Below, piece after piece: positions 18,780 to 29,087 of a DNA stretch of 64,000 nucleotides. The position numbers were made by a program, and so were the translations under genes. Origin of the DNA: an uncultured delta proteobacterium (GTDB lineage Bacteria; Desulfobacterota; Binatia; UBA9968); NCBI GenBank assembly GCA_963816145.1, contig CAWFJP010000016.1, positions 32,001 through 96,000 on the forward strand, read 5' to 3'. Within the stretch, counting starts at the first letter, position 1, and each line of letters begins with the position of its first letter. The notes under the pieces are model-generated. The model searched no databases, was not told the DNA's origin, and saw only the letters and a list, made by a program, of their open reading frames with translations.

Positions 18780-19592
18780 GTGTTGAAGGAAAAAATCGGC
18801 GTAATTGGCGCAGGAAAGATCGGCGCGGCAATCATGCGTGGTATCGTCCGGTCCGGCTTGGCCGGCAAAGACCAAGTGATGGCTAGCGATGTCAGCGAGC
18901 AACTGCGCGATGCCGTCGTGAAAGAACTCGCCATCAATGCCACGCCTGACAATGGCGTGCTCTGCAATTTCGCCGACATTGTCATCCTTGCGGTTAAGCC
19001 GCAGATCGTCGACCCGGTCGCGAAAGAGATCGCTAAGAAGCTCGGCAGCAAAAAGCTCTTGGTTTCCGTGGCTGCGGGCGTGCCGATTGCGCGTATCGAG
19101 GCTAGTTTGGAAGAAGGCGCGCGGGTGGTGCGCGTGATGCCGAACATCGCTTGTGTCGCCGGCGCCGGCGCGGCGGGATTCGCCGGTGGCTCGAGCACCG
19201 CTGCGGACGATCTGGAAAAGGTCGGCGCAATCCTCAACAGCTTTGGCGTCGGTATGCTGGTTGAAGAGAAGTATTTGGATGCAGTTACCGGGCTCAGTGG
19301 CAGCGGTCCGGCTTACGTTTTACTTTTCATGGAAGCGCTGGCTGACGGCGGCGTCCAGGTCGGCTTGGCTCGTGATGTCGCGCTCAAGCTCGCCATGCAG
19401 ACGGTCTACGGCGCCGCCAAGATGGCGTTGGAAAGCAATAAACATCTGGGCGAACTCAAAGACGAAGTCACTTCACCCGGCGGCACCACCATCGCCGGAC
19501 TCTACGCCATGGAGCAAAAGGGCTTCCACGGCATTGTCATGGATGCGGTGGTCAGTGCCACAAGAAGGTCGCAGGAGTTGGGAAAAGGTTAG
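18780..19592 (+). CDS. proC: Pyrroline-5-carboxylate reductase
   Basis: GVIGAGKIG, AVKPQ, RVMPN, SGSGPAY, VTSPGGTT; AGGAGG RBS. Confidence 0.97.
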   Translation: MLKEKIGVIGAGKIGAAIMRGIVRSGLAGKDQVMASDVSEQLRDAVVKELAINATPDNGVLCNFADIVILAVKPQIVDPVAKEIAKKLGSKKLLVSVAAGVPIARIEASLEEGARVVRVMPNIACVAGAGAAGFAGGSSTAADDLEKVGAILNSFGVGMLVEEKYLDAVTGLSGSGPAYVLLFMEALADGGVQVGLARDVALKLAMQTVYGAAKMALESNKHLGELKDEVTSPGGTTIAGLYAMEQKGFHGIVMDAVVSATRRSQELGKG

Positions 19593-19682
19593 GAGTTAAA
19601 AAGGCAAAAGGAAAAAGGCAAAACTTAGGTTTGGCCGTTCCGCCCATTGGTGGATAATCGATCTTTTTTTGATGGTTTTTCT

Positions 19683-20234
19683 TTAGCGATCCTTCCAGCG
19701 TTCGACATCGCGCTTGTCGACGTAGCCCGGCTTGCCGCCTTTAATCGATTCGACTCTCAACCAATCGCCCTCGGAGCGGATGACATTGACTTTGATGTCC
19801 GCTGGGAGCCGGGTTACGACCTGTGAATTGGCACTGGGTGTTTCACGCAGGTCGATCTCGCGCAACGTGCGATAGGCGCCGGCGACCGAGGCGTATGGGG
19901 GGGTGGCTGCGGGAGCGGCGGCTGGCGCTGTCGCCGAGGCGGCTGCGGGGCGGGCGAACTGCTCGTCGACATAGCCCGGTTTGCCGCCATGTTTCGACTC
20001 GACTTTTAGCCAGTACCCTTCTTTGCCAACTACGTTGATCTGAATCCCCTTGGGCAGCGTGGTAACAACCTTGTGAAAGTTTCCTGGGCCTTCGCGCAGC
20101 GGCACGTCTGCCGTGGTTTCATAGGTGCCTTTGATTTGCTGCGCATTAGCCTGGGGGCAAATCATCATTCCGCTCAGCGCAGCGACAAGAGCAATTAAGG
20201 CAGTACCGACGCGGCCGCCAAATCTGATAGTCAT
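19683..20234 (-). CDS. Exported protein with two bacterial SH3 domains
   Basis: Signal peptide; duplicated LRE.P...WL.VES..GGKPGYVD. Confidence 0.85.
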   Translation of the reverse strand: MTIRFGGRVGTALIALVAALSGMMICPQANAQQIKGTYETTADVPLREGPGNFHKVVTTLPKGIQINVVGKEGYWLKVESKHGGKPGYVDEQFARPAAASATAPAAAPAATPPYASVAGAYRTLREIDLRETPSANSQVVTRLPADIKVNVIRSEGDWLRVESIKGGKPGYVDKRDVERWKDR

Positions 20235-20277
20235 AGCCACCCTTCGAATTCCCTTAGACTTTCCAAGAGCCGATACG

Positions 20278-20856
20278 TTACTTTTTCTTCCAGTTGCGCT
20301 CGCCGTCCTGGATCCACCAGCCCGGGCGGGCTTGATCGAGCCAGCTTCTGGCGAAAATACTTTTGATCTTTGGGACGTTATCAGCGGGAATATTGTTCGC
20401 CTTGGCGATCTCGACGTAGAGATTCTCGCGATCGCGGTTCTCGGCATCGACCAATTGTTTAATTTCAGCCCGTTCTTTTAAATTAAGCCCATCGGTGTTG
20501 CGGATCGCCAGCAGGCCGTCCGCGGCGATGCCTATGTTGCCGCGATCCATGAACGGTTTGATCGCTTCGCTGCGCGCCTTGATCGAGTCTTTGATCGCGC
20601 GGATCGCCGGATTGGACACGTTAATGTCGGCTTCTTGGGCGTGGGCTTCGCTGACAAGACTCAGGCTTACCAACTGCCAAGGCGAAAATCGATTGTGACC
20701 TTGCGGTGCCGGCGGCGCTGATTTTGACGGTTCGCCCCAAGTTTCTTTGACGATCTGATCGGCGGCGCGCTCGACCGCGGCGGCGGGAAAGTAAATGTTT
20801 ACCGTCACGCAAGCGCTGACGAAAAAGGCTAGGACAAAAGTGGTGCGTTTTAGCAT
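20278..20856 (-). CDS. YnbE/YdbL-like (DUF1318) lipoprotein
   Basis: Lipobox VSAC VTVNIYFP; ENRDR..LY.EIA; GWWIQ. Confidence 0.85.
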   Translation of the reverse strand: MLKRTTFVLAFFVSACVTVNIYFPAAAVERAADQIVKETWGEPSKSAPPAPQGHNRFSPWQLVSLSLVSEAHAQEADINVSNPAIRAIKDSIKARSEAIKPFMDRGNIGIAADGLLAIRNTDGLNLKERAEIKQLVDAENRDRENLYVEIAKANNIPADNVPKIKSIFARSWLDQARPGWWIQDGERNWKKK

Positions 20857-20868
20857 GATTCCTCCAGG

Positions 20869-23772
20869 TTATTTGATTGCGGGCTTGTCGGTACTGATCC
20901 GTTGCAAGCGGCGCAGAAGTTCCGAGAAGGCGATTTCTTGAGTGTGGCTGACGATGTTCACCGTCGGCGGCAAAAAGCTGCCCACGACAAGCAATTCCTT
21001 GTCGCCTTGGGACTCCACTCCGCGTAGGGTTAGACGATCATTTCTCAAAGTTGCTTTGAATCCCAGCTTGCTGTAGCGAAAACTATCGAAGAAGCCGGCG
21101 AGTCCGCCGTACAATGCTCCGGCGTCCTGGCCGGAGCTGAGCACCGTTATCTTATTCAACGCGTCGACGCTGATGCGTTGATCAATTCCGCTGCGCTCCA
21201 CCGAATGCAAGTCGGCGCGCAATTGCGCCGGCTGGCCGTCGGTGATGACAAGATCGTCGATACTCCCTTCCAAAATGCCTGAGATTCGGCCGAATGCAAA
21301 GGTTTTGGACAGTTGTTCGAGTTGGATCGATTCCAGCTTGGCGCTCATCTTGATCGATGCCAGAGCGGAAAATGGATTCTCAATCTCCAGTTTGCTGAGA
21401 CGCAGCCGTCCGCCAAATAGTTCTGCCTGGATCTCGCCGTGGGTGCGTAGAATGTTGCCGGTGGACTCGACTTCGGGGATGGCGCCGTTCAATTGGCCGC
21501 TAAAGCGCGGCCAATTGAACGCCTCGGTCAGATCTTGCAGCTGCAACCGCTTGGTGTCGGCGGAAAACGTTAAGGCCTTGGGATTGCGGATGACATCGGG
21601 CCAGGCGAGGTCACGCAGCTCGATCTCGCCGCCAAATAGAGAGAGACGCAGCGGCTGATGCAGTCGCAGAGCGTTGTTGGTCAGCGAAACGGTCGTTGTC
21701 ATCGGCGCGAGGTGTTGATTGCCAAAACGCGCGCGTTCGATGGACAGCGAGCCGAGCGCGGCTGGGGCCGCGTTCCGACCGAGGCGATCGTCGAGGCTGA
21801 TGTGAAACGGCAACTCTAGGTTGATGGCGCCGATCTGCCAATCATTGGATTTCGCGGCGATCGCGCCATTTTTTACCGCGAGATTACCGCTCAGAACCAG
21901 CTGATCGGGGGCGCCATCGAGCTGCAATTGCATCGCCATCTGGCCGCTCACTGCGAGCTTGTCGAGCAGTGGATACTGCCGGTTGTAAGTCTCCCGCAGG
22001 AAGAAATCGAAAAAACCCGCCGGCGACAGGTTGTCGCTGCGCGCTTGCAGACGGAGCTGCGGCGTTTGAGTGATCTTCTCGATGCTGCCGGCAAGGTTTA
22101 CCTGGCCGACGGTGGCGAGGGCGAGGTCGCATCGGCGGCACTGTAGGCGGTCATTGTCGCGCGTGTACTCGGCGTCGATCAGCAATGCCGGTTTTTGTGC
22201 CTTGAGGTCGCCAAAGAACTTGCCCCACAACAGCTCGCCGCTGGTGACGGTTAGCTTGGCGACCATCACCGTGGCTTGCCGTTGGGTTTGGGCAGTTATT
22301 TCCACGGTGCCATCGAGCTCCAAGCCTTCGGCAACTTTGGTGCTGTCGGCCGAAGCATATTGGCCGCCGGTCAACTTGACCTGCGCCGTAACCATGCGCG
22401 GCTTATTTGAGTCGTAGCTGATGGCGCCGATTTCAGCCTGCGCGACAGCGCTTTTGAGTTTGTCAGTTCCTTCAAATGAGAACTTCTTCCCGTCGATCCG
22501 GCCGCTTTGAATCACCAGTTGGCCATTGGCCCAGCGAAACGGCGCTCTAAGCGCAAGACTTGCCAGGGCGAAATTCGCACCGCGCACTTGGGCATCGTCG
22601 CTACGCGCGAGGCCGTCGATTTCCACGGCCTTCCATGGGCCGCGCAGTTTCATTTCCAACTCGCCTTGGCCTTGAAAGGTCCACTCATTGAGCGGCGTCG
22701 GCAGGAGCTTTATCACCGTCTGCCAATCGAGATTGCGCGCGACGATGCGGCCATCGTTGATGCTCGCCACGGGTGTGAACGCTAGGTTGGCAATAGCTTC
22801 GGCGCTGCCCAGATGCGAGCGCAGAGTCAGCGCCTTGATCGCGACGGATTTATCAGTAACGGAAAATGCGCCGTTTGCCTTTGCCACCGCCTGACCATCG
22901 CTTACTTGCAGCACCACTGGACTGATGCTGTTGGGAAAGCCGTTAAGGCCAAGCTCGCTTGAGAAGCTCCCGGCAGTGAAATTTTTCTCCAGCGCGGCAG
23001 TGGTTTTTAGTTGGCCGGTGATTTTCTTGGCGCCTAATTTGAGCTGGTTGAATTCTAGGTCGACCTCGAGCGTCGGCTCTTGCCCGGGCGGAATGCGCAG
23101 CGCCGCATCGGCTTTCACAATTGGCTGGGCATTCGTGACGACGCTTCGGCCAAGCAGCCCGGCGGTTGTTTTCGCATTCACTATTGCGTGCAGCGAGAAC
23201 TCGCTGTTTCGACGTTCGATCGCGATATCGGCGATACCATCGAGCGGAGGGATTTCCGCGCGCAATGCGACGCCGGTTTGGCCGCCCAAGTTGATATTTT
23301 GCGCCTCGAGATTGATCGCTGGAATTTCGATTCTATTACCATCTTCGGTTGTGATCATCGCCCGGCCGTCGGTTACATTCAGATTGCGCAGGGAAAGGGT
23401 GATTTCGCTCTTAGGTTGGGATTTTAGAAGCTCGGCCAAATCGAGTTCTAATACCGGCTGCTCGACGTCAAGCCGATGGATGGTTTTTGAAAAGATATCC
23501 AACGGTGTGACGGTAACGCTGAATTTGGCCGCGGACAAAATTCGTTTGCCATCTTTAGCGGCGCTAACGCCGCTAGCAACCAGTCGGAGCGGCAGGCTCA
23601 ACCTCAGGTTGTCCATGCCGATGGCGTACCCCGTACGTTGTGAAAGTTCGGTCTCCAACCACCGGCGAAAGCCGTCGGAGTTCACGCCGACATAAAGCGC
23701 AGTGGCGCCGACGAATAAGCCAGCAGCAAGAACTGAGAATATCATAACGATTCTGCGGGCTGGCCTTGCCAT
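20869..23772 (-). CDS. AsmA-like / YdbH-type intermembrane lipid-transport protein
   Basis: N-terminal TM anchor, beta-groove repeats, C-terminal FGRISG..SG, RISVDAL, FRYSKLG; directly upstream of DUF1318 gene. Confidence 0.8.
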   Translation of the reverse strand: MARPARRIVMIFSVLAAGLFVGATALYVGVNSDGFRRWLETELSQRTGYAIGMDNLRLSLPLRLVASGVSAAKDGKRILSAAKFSVTVTPLDIFSKTIHRLDVEQPVLELDLAELLKSQPKSEITLSLRNLNVTDGRAMITTEDGNRIEIPAINLEAQNINLGGQTGVALRAEIPPLDGIADIAIERRNSEFSLHAIVNAKTTAGLLGRSVVTNAQPIVKADAALRIPPGQEPTLEVDLEFNQLKLGAKKITGQLKTTAALEKNFTAGSFSSELGLNGFPNSISPVVLQVSDGQAVAKANGAFSVTDKSVAIKALTLRSHLGSAEAIANLAFTPVASINDGRIVARNLDWQTVIKLLPTPLNEWTFQGQGELEMKLRGPWKAVEIDGLARSDDAQVRGANFALASLALRAPFRWANGQLVIQSGRIDGKKFSFEGTDKLKSAVAQAEIGAISYDSNKPRMVTAQVKLTGGQYASADSTKVAEGLELDGTVEITAQTQRQATVMVAKLTVTSGELLWGKFFGDLKAQKPALLIDAEYTRDNDRLQCRRCDLALATVGQVNLAGSIEKITQTPQLRLQARSDNLSPAGFFDFFLRETYNRQYPLLDKLAVSGQMAMQLQLDGAPDQLVLSGNLAVKNGAIAAKSNDWQIGAINLELPFHISLDDRLGRNAAPAALGSLSIERARFGNQHLAPMTTTVSLTNNALRLHQPLRLSLFGGEIELRDLAWPDVIRNPKALTFSADTKRLQLQDLTEAFNWPRFSGQLNGAIPEVESTGNILRTHGEIQAELFGGRLRLSKLEIENPFSALASIKMSAKLESIQLEQLSKTFAFGRISGILEGSIDDLVITDGQPAQLRADLHSVERSGIDQRISVDALNKITVLSSGQDAGALYGGLAGFFDSFRYSKLGFKATLRNDRLTLRGVESQGDKELLVVGSFLPPTVNIVSHTQEIAFSELLRRLQRISTDKPAIK

Positions 23773-24219
23773 GTTTATTGGTACACTCATCGACGAACCG
23801 CGGTTCCCGGCGGCTAAATCTCAGTTCGTCGGGGGATCGCGCTGGGTTCGCATGAGAACGAGCGGCTAGTTTAGATTGTCCACGACAGAATAGTGTTTTG
23901 CAATTTGACGGGAGGTTTTTCTTTGGCATATAAGCGACTTCGTCCGGCAGGCGGTAGGTTTGGATGGTCGATTGTCGGTTGGTAATTTTAACGCCGGGAC
24001 GGAGCAACGAAGGGAGAATGGCGCATCGTTGCGGTTCAACTTTTCGAGGAGGCGAGCATGATTCAAGAATTTAAAGATTTCATTCAAAGAGGGAACGTCG
24101 TGGACCTTGCCGTCGGTGTCGTAATCGGCGGCGCCTTCGGCAAGATCGTCGCGTCGTTTGTCGAGGATGTGCTGATGCCGCCCATCGGCTTGATGCTTGG
24201 CGGCGGGGATTTCTCGAAT
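23666..24219. repeat. Copy 1 of duplicated ydbH5'-promoter-mscL5' segment
   Basis: Colinear with 26022-26695; 24097-24219 identical to 26573-26695. Confidence 0.9.
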
Positions 24220-24225
24220 CGGTAA
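24058..24225 (+). pseudogene. mscL: Truncated 5' copy of mscL (55 aa)
   Basis: [31 protein letters not shown]...GGGDFSNR*. Confidence 0.9.
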
Positions 24226-24335
24226 GGAAAGTCTGGAAGTAAAGGTCTAACTCTATTTCCTGCTATTTTTTGTTTCTTCGCCCTCTTGACTCCCGACCCT
24301 TGTTTTTGCCTCGATTGGAAATCGCCTAGATCTAT

Positions 24336-25220
24336 TCATTTCTTCAATAGAAATCGCCGTTCGGGAGGTGTTCCAGCCCCGTAACTAATCCGTTCCAAAG
24401 GAGGAACTGTAACAGCACTGCAAACTTTGTGAACATGATATATCTCAACGGGTGGTTTCCAGTCCGTTCGTAATTCGCAACTAACTTCCACACAACTAAT
24501 ACTTTTAAGCCAGGAGCAAACCTTTACTTCGGAACCATCGGCAGTTGTGATTTCAGTCAGGTAGGGTGAGTTCTCGTAGTACGGTTTATTCGTTCCACCT
24601 TCCGACTTTACATCTTGTAAAAGTGTATAAAAGCTACCTTTCAAATCCAAAAGCTGAAGGACTTTGTCCATAAATGAGGAAAGTTGGTCAGTGTATGAAA
24701 ACCCGCCGAGTAAATCGGTGATGACCTGAAATTTTCCTAGAACATCTATCGAATAGTCTCGCATGCGTTTGTTGAAAAAATATTGTATTTGATTCGTTTC
24801 AAGGCCTGCGGCTGTTGAGTACCATAGGGGTTGCCTACGGTCCTCTACGGAGACCGCGACTGCTCGTGCTTTTGTGCCGCGTCGCTCCGGGATCTGCGAG
24901 TTCCCTAGAACGTCGCTTCGATTGTAATAGTCCAATATAGCTTGGCCTTCTCCTGCTCCAATATCCAGCCATCGGTCGTTCGGACCAAGTTTTGCCAGCG
25001 CGCGACCGAACCCCGGCGGCAGCGCGTCTATATAGTCTGAAAGAGTTCTACTGATGACATAACCCTCAGGTCTTTTTTCTCCCTCGCTCTTTAAAATCCC
25101 TTCTTGTTTTAACATCTCTTCATCAATTTTGGGGCCGCTTATATCTGCGGAACAGGATGTCCCCAACCACAGGGTCTGTAATAGGAGTAGGACAAACATG
25201 CGTATTCCAGGAGTTTTCAT
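24336..25220 (-). CDS. Class I SAM-methyltransferase-fold protein with N-terminal signal peptide
   Basis: WLDIGAGEG motif I; MKTPGIRMFVLLLLQTLWLGTSCSA leader; lower GC. Confidence 0.7.
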   Translation of the reverse strand: MKTPGIRMFVLLLLQTLWLGTSCSADISGPKIDEEMLKQEGILKSEGEKRPEGYVISRTLSDYIDALPPGFGRALAKLGPNDRWLDIGAGEGQAILDYYNRSDVLGNSQIPERRGTKARAVAVSVEDRRQPLWYSTAAGLETNQIQYFFNKRMRDYSIDVLGKFQVITDLLGGFSYTDQLSSFMDKVLQLLDLKGSFYTLLQDVKSEGGTNKPYYENSPYLTEITTADGSEVKVCSWLKSISCVEVSCELRTDWKPPVEIYHVHKVCSAVTVPPLERISYGAGTPPERRFLLKK

Positions 25221-25408
25221 TCCAGCCTCTTTTTCCGGATCAACAAGCGGGTGCGCAAGGCGGCGTCCGGGTTTCTTGCCGCACAGTAAAATAAGTATTA
25301 GGTCAGGTAAACGAATGTTGGTCAATAATTGCAAGATGACAAGGCCTATGAGCGAATCGTCGTCAGATGAGCAGTCAATTGTCGTTGCGAAAATAGTGGG
25401 TTTCTAAC

Positions 25409-25891
25409 TCACTTTTTCTTTGCGCTAAAGAATTTGCCATTCTTAAGAACATCGCCAAAACTTGCCCAAGCATAGTCGAATTTTCCGGTAGAGGAAATAC
25501 GCAATGCGGCCGAAGTCAGTGTTCTCATAAAGGTGACTTGCAACTCCTCGGTGGCCTGCGTGGATCCGGAAGGAAACTGGGCATCTTCGTGGATTGCGTC
25601 CTTAATTGAGACTTCGCCGATGCCACTGCGAACATTTCGATAAAAGTAGTCGCGGTTGCGTGCCGGAGAGACATGCTCGTCAGCCCCAAGTATCAGCACA
25701 GGCTTTTTGATTCGGCTCAAATATCCGGGCAACTCCCTACTGATTGCAGCGGGATCAAGCAAAATGGCGCCCGTGGCGGGCGCTCCGTCGGCCAGTGCGA
25801 CGGCCACTAAGGTTTTGCCATTACTAACCCATGGACCTTTATTGGGTAGCTGCAAGGATAGACTATGCATACCCCAGGATGCCAAATGCAT
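25409..25891 (-). pseudogene. C-terminal fragment of an alpha/beta hydrolase
   Basis: GAILLDP, KPVLILGAD, AIHED; no nucleophile motif or credible N-terminus. Confidence 0.5.
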
Positions 25892-25951
25892 GGCCTGATA
25901 GGTATGGTCTTCCTTTTTTTCAGAGATGGGTAGCCCAAATGGATCGGACTT

Positions 25952-26128
25952 TTACGTCACAACAATCGAAAAGAAAAGACTAGAAGTGAAAGGGCGACTC
26001 CGATCGTGTTCCGATCCGGATCGAAAGCCGTCGGAATTGACCCCAAAATAGAGCGCAACGGCGCCGTTCCCGACGGCAACCACGATGATCAACAGTGCTT
26101 TGACTATTCTTCGGCCTGGGGCTGTCAT
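25952..26128 (-). pseudogene. Truncated, diverged 5' copy of the ydbH-like gene
   Basis: MTAPGRRIVK...ALYFGVNSDGFR vs MARPARRIVM...ALYVGVNSDGFR; homology stops after ~36 codons. Confidence 0.85.
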
Positions 26129-26695
26129 GTTTATTGAAAAACTCTTTGACGGATATGGCGCTCGTTAACGTTTACGTCTCAGCTCACTGACGAGTTGGCG
26201 CCAAGTTGCCGCTTAAATCGTTCAGTACGATTGATTGTCCATGACAGAATGGTGTTTTGCAATTTGACAGTAGGTTTTTCTTTGGCATATAAACGACTTC
26301 GTCCTAAGGACGATCGGTTGGATGATCGATTTTCAGTTCGTAATTTCGTGCCGAGATGGAGTAACAAAGGGTCTGAAGGCGTCTCGTTTACCGGAACGGT
26401 GGGCAATTGAGCGCCGGTAATCCCGGCGAAGAACTAGGGGAGAAATTCAACTAAGCGCAAATCGTTGTTTAACGATACTCCAATTATCGACAAGGCCGCG
26501 ATCCAAGCGGTTCAACTTTTCGAGGAGGCGAGCATGATTCAAGAATTTAAAGAATTCATTCAGAGAGGGAATGTCGTGGACCTTGCCGTCGGTGTCGTAA
26601 TCGGCGGCGCCTTCGGCAAGATCGTCGCGTCGTTTGTCGAGGATGTGCTGATGCCGCCCATCGGCTTGATGCTTGGCGGCGGGGATTTCTCGAAT
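26022..26695. repeat. Copy 2 of duplicated ydbH5'-promoter-mscL5' segment (with ~118-bp extra at ~26389-26506)
   Basis: e.g. gattgtcca.gacagaat.gtgttttgcaatttgac and gcggttcaacttttcgaggaggcgagcatg shared with copy 1. Confidence 0.9.
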
Positions 26696-26941
26696 TTGTT
26701 TATCAATCTATCGGGGAAGGATTTTCCCAGCGTCGCCGCGGCCAAGGCGGCGGGCGCGCCGACTTTGAACTACGGCATCTTTATCAACAACATCATATTT
26801 TTCTTGATCGTCGCGTTTGCGATTTTCATGATGGTCAAAGCGGTTAATAGATTGCAGAAGCCGGCGGCTGCACCACCTCCGGCGGGTCCGACAAAAGATC
26901 AGCAGTTGCTGACGGAGATCCGCGACCTATTGAAGAAGTAA
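26534..26941 (+). CDS. mscL: Large-conductance mechanosensitive channel
   Basis: [30 protein letters not shown]. Confidence 0.97.
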   Translation: MIQEFKEFIQRGNVVDLAVGVVIGGAFGKIVASFVEDVLMPPIGLMLGGGDFSNLFINLSGKDFPSVAAAKAAGAPTLNYGIFINNIIFFLIVAFAIFMMVKAVNRLQKPAAAPPPAGPTKDQQLLTEIRDLLKK

Positions 26942-27023
26942 CCTTAGTGTCGGTAGTTTCACTCAGTAACCGGTGCACCTGCTCGTTTTCTAACCCGCGC
27001 CACGCCGGTTGCGGCAGTCGATT

Positions 27024-28304
27024 ATGTATACATTGCATCGACCAAAGTTAGGAGTTCTTTGCGCGACGATGGTTGCGCTTACGCTTTTTGGTGATGCCCA
27101 GTTGGGCGCCAACGAAGCGGCCAAAGCCAAAGAAATGCAGCTCGCCGCGCTGGCGTTGCCATCCACGGCCCGGGCTGACTGGCAGCAGTGGGATTCATTT
27201 TTTACCTTCGCCGTTAAGCGGTTGGCTCAGGAACTGCGCCCAGCGCAGCGGGATCAAATGGCGGAAGTGTTTCTCGATGCGCGTTATCAACTCACCGAAG
27301 TGGTGAATTCCGGGGCATCGGACCCGGTGCCGCGTTTGTTTCTCGATAGCTGGGAGCGCGTTTCGCCAATTCTGAAACAATCTTTGACGAGCTTGCCGCC
27401 GCAAACTGCCAGTCAATTTACCGGGTTCATCGGTTCGATGGACACGCTCAAGAACCTGGCGAATCTAGGTGGGCAGTTCGGTTTTTTTCGCATTACGCCT
27501 GATGCATTGCGCGGCGCGGCGCGCTTTCTCGGCACCGGCAACGGCGACCCGCTCGCCTACACCCTCGACATCGATAGCGCCCTGCGGACTTTGCTGGGGT
27601 TTACCGAAGAACTTCCGCCGGCCCGGCCATCGTCAGCCATCGAGCACGGCAGGCTGGAGCGGCTACGCGATAAAGCTGCGGCCAGTCTGCGCAGGTTGTC
27701 GGTGCGGTCGGCTCATGCCGCGGAAGATGAATTCGATCGGTTAAACAATTGGGTTCCGGAGAGTCGTGAATTGCCAGAGTACCTTTTGATTGTGCAAAAA
27801 CTTTTCAGTGAAACCAGCGACCATGTGCTGGCGAAATCTTCGCTTGGCGCCGAACATCAAAAACTATACCGCCAGACCGTGCTTGCCACCGGCTGGCAGG
27901 AGAGTTGTTGGCGCCAGTTCGTCAAAAAAGGGGACAAGCTGACACCGCTCGCTTCGAGCACCGGCGATGTCGGCTTGATGCAGGTCAACCGCACCACTTG
28001 GCGCAGCCTCTACGACATCAAGGGACTCTCGGGCGATATGAGTTATAATGGCCACGCCGGTGCCGAGATCCTGTATCAATATCTGACTCGATACGCGATT
28101 GGTAAGGGGGAGGACAAACAACCCGGCGGCCATCTCGCGAGGGCGACCTATTCGGCTTACAACGCCGGCCCCGGCGGTCTGGCGCGCTATCGTGGCGTGC
28201 GCCAGAGCGCAACTTGGAAAAAGGTCGACGAAGCCTTCTGGGCGAAGTTCAAAGCGGTGAGCGCCGGCCAGGAACTGGCGATAAAGAGCTGCTACGGCGC
28301 TTGA
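27024..28304 (+). CDS. Exported lytic transglycosylase (C-terminal SLT domain)
   Basis: QES, GDVGLMQVN, AYNAGPG; signal peptide. Confidence 0.82.
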   Translation: MYTLHRPKLGVLCATMVALTLFGDAQLGANEAAKAKEMQLAALALPSTARADWQQWDSFFTFAVKRLAQELRPAQRDQMAEVFLDARYQLTEVVNSGASDPVPRLFLDSWERVSPILKQSLTSLPPQTASQFTGFIGSMDTLKNLANLGGQFGFFRITPDALRGAARFLGTGNGDPLAYTLDIDSALRTLLGFTEELPPARPSSAIEHGRLERLRDKAAASLRRLSVRSAHAAEDEFDRLNNWVPESRELPEYLLIVQKLFSETSDHVLAKSSLGAEHQKLYRQTVLATGWQESCWRQFVKKGDKLTPLASSTGDVGLMQVNRTTWRSLYDIKGLSGDMSYNGHAGAEILYQYLTRYAIGKGEDKQPGGHLARATYSAYNAGPGGLARYRGVRQSATWKKVDEAFWAKFKAVSAGQELAIKSCYGA

Positions 28305-28322
28305 CCGGGGCCGGCTCGAAAG

Positions 28323-29087
28323 CTACCTACCACGAAAATTCGCTCGCGCCTCCGGCAACCACTCCTTAATTTGATTGATTCTCGTGGCGTCGCTTGGATG
28401 AGTCGAGAGAAATTCAGGCGGCTTGTCTCCGGGAAGCTTCGACATCCTCTCCCAAAAGGTAACCGCACCGGTAGGATCGTAGCCCGCTTTGGCCATTAAC
28501 GTTAAGCCGATGCGGTCCGCTTCCGACTCTTGGGTGCGCCCCCAAGGGAGCAATACGCCGATGGTAGCGCCGAGGCCGTAGGCCTTGAGTACATCAGCCT
28601 GCATAGCGGGACTGACTTTGCCGACCCCGACAGCGAGCACTTGGCCAAGGGCCTCAGCGCCCAATTCTTGACTCATCCGTTCGGCGCCGTGGCGGGCGAG
28701 CGCATGAGCTACCTCATGCCCCATGATCACGGCAATTCCATTGTCGTCCTGGGCGATTGGCATGATGCCTTCCCAGAAGGCGACCTTGCCTCCGGGCAGG
28801 GCAAACGCGTTAACTTCCTTGCCTTGAAGGACGCTAAACTCCCATTTGTAATCCGGCTTCTCCGCTGCCGCTGCGATCCGCTGGCCAACTCGGCGTAGTT
28901 GGGCCTGCCAATCTTTTCGCGTCGATAAGCGTTCCTTGCTTAGAGTTTCTTTATAAGCATCATCGCCGAGCTTAAGTTCCTGTGACTCGGATACGACGAT
29001 GAATTGGGAGCGCCCGGTCTGCTGGACCGTTTGACATGCGACAATTAGAAATAAACCGACGGCACCACTTAGTAAGACTTTTATCAT
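28323..29087 (-). CDS. M48-family metallopeptidase lipoprotein
   Basis: IVAC lipobox, NAFALPGG, HEVAH, ESEAD, STHP. Confidence 0.93.
   Translation of the reverse strand: MIKVLLSGAVGLFLIVACQTVQQTGRSQFIVVSESQELKLGDDAYKETLSKERLSTRKDWQAQLRRVGQRIAAAAEKPDYKWEFSVLQGKEVNAFALPGGKVAFWEGIMPIAQDDNGIAVIMGHEVAHALARHGAERMSQELGAEALGQVLAVGVGKVSPAMQADVLKAYGLGATIGVLLPWGRTQESEADRIGLTLMAKAGYDPTGAVTFWERMSKLPGDKPPEFLSTHPSDATRINQIKEWLPEARANFRGR

Noticed and set aside
23950-23962. ops-like GGCGGTAG upstream of the mscL stub
   Set aside because: Not conserved in the second copy and no long operon follows
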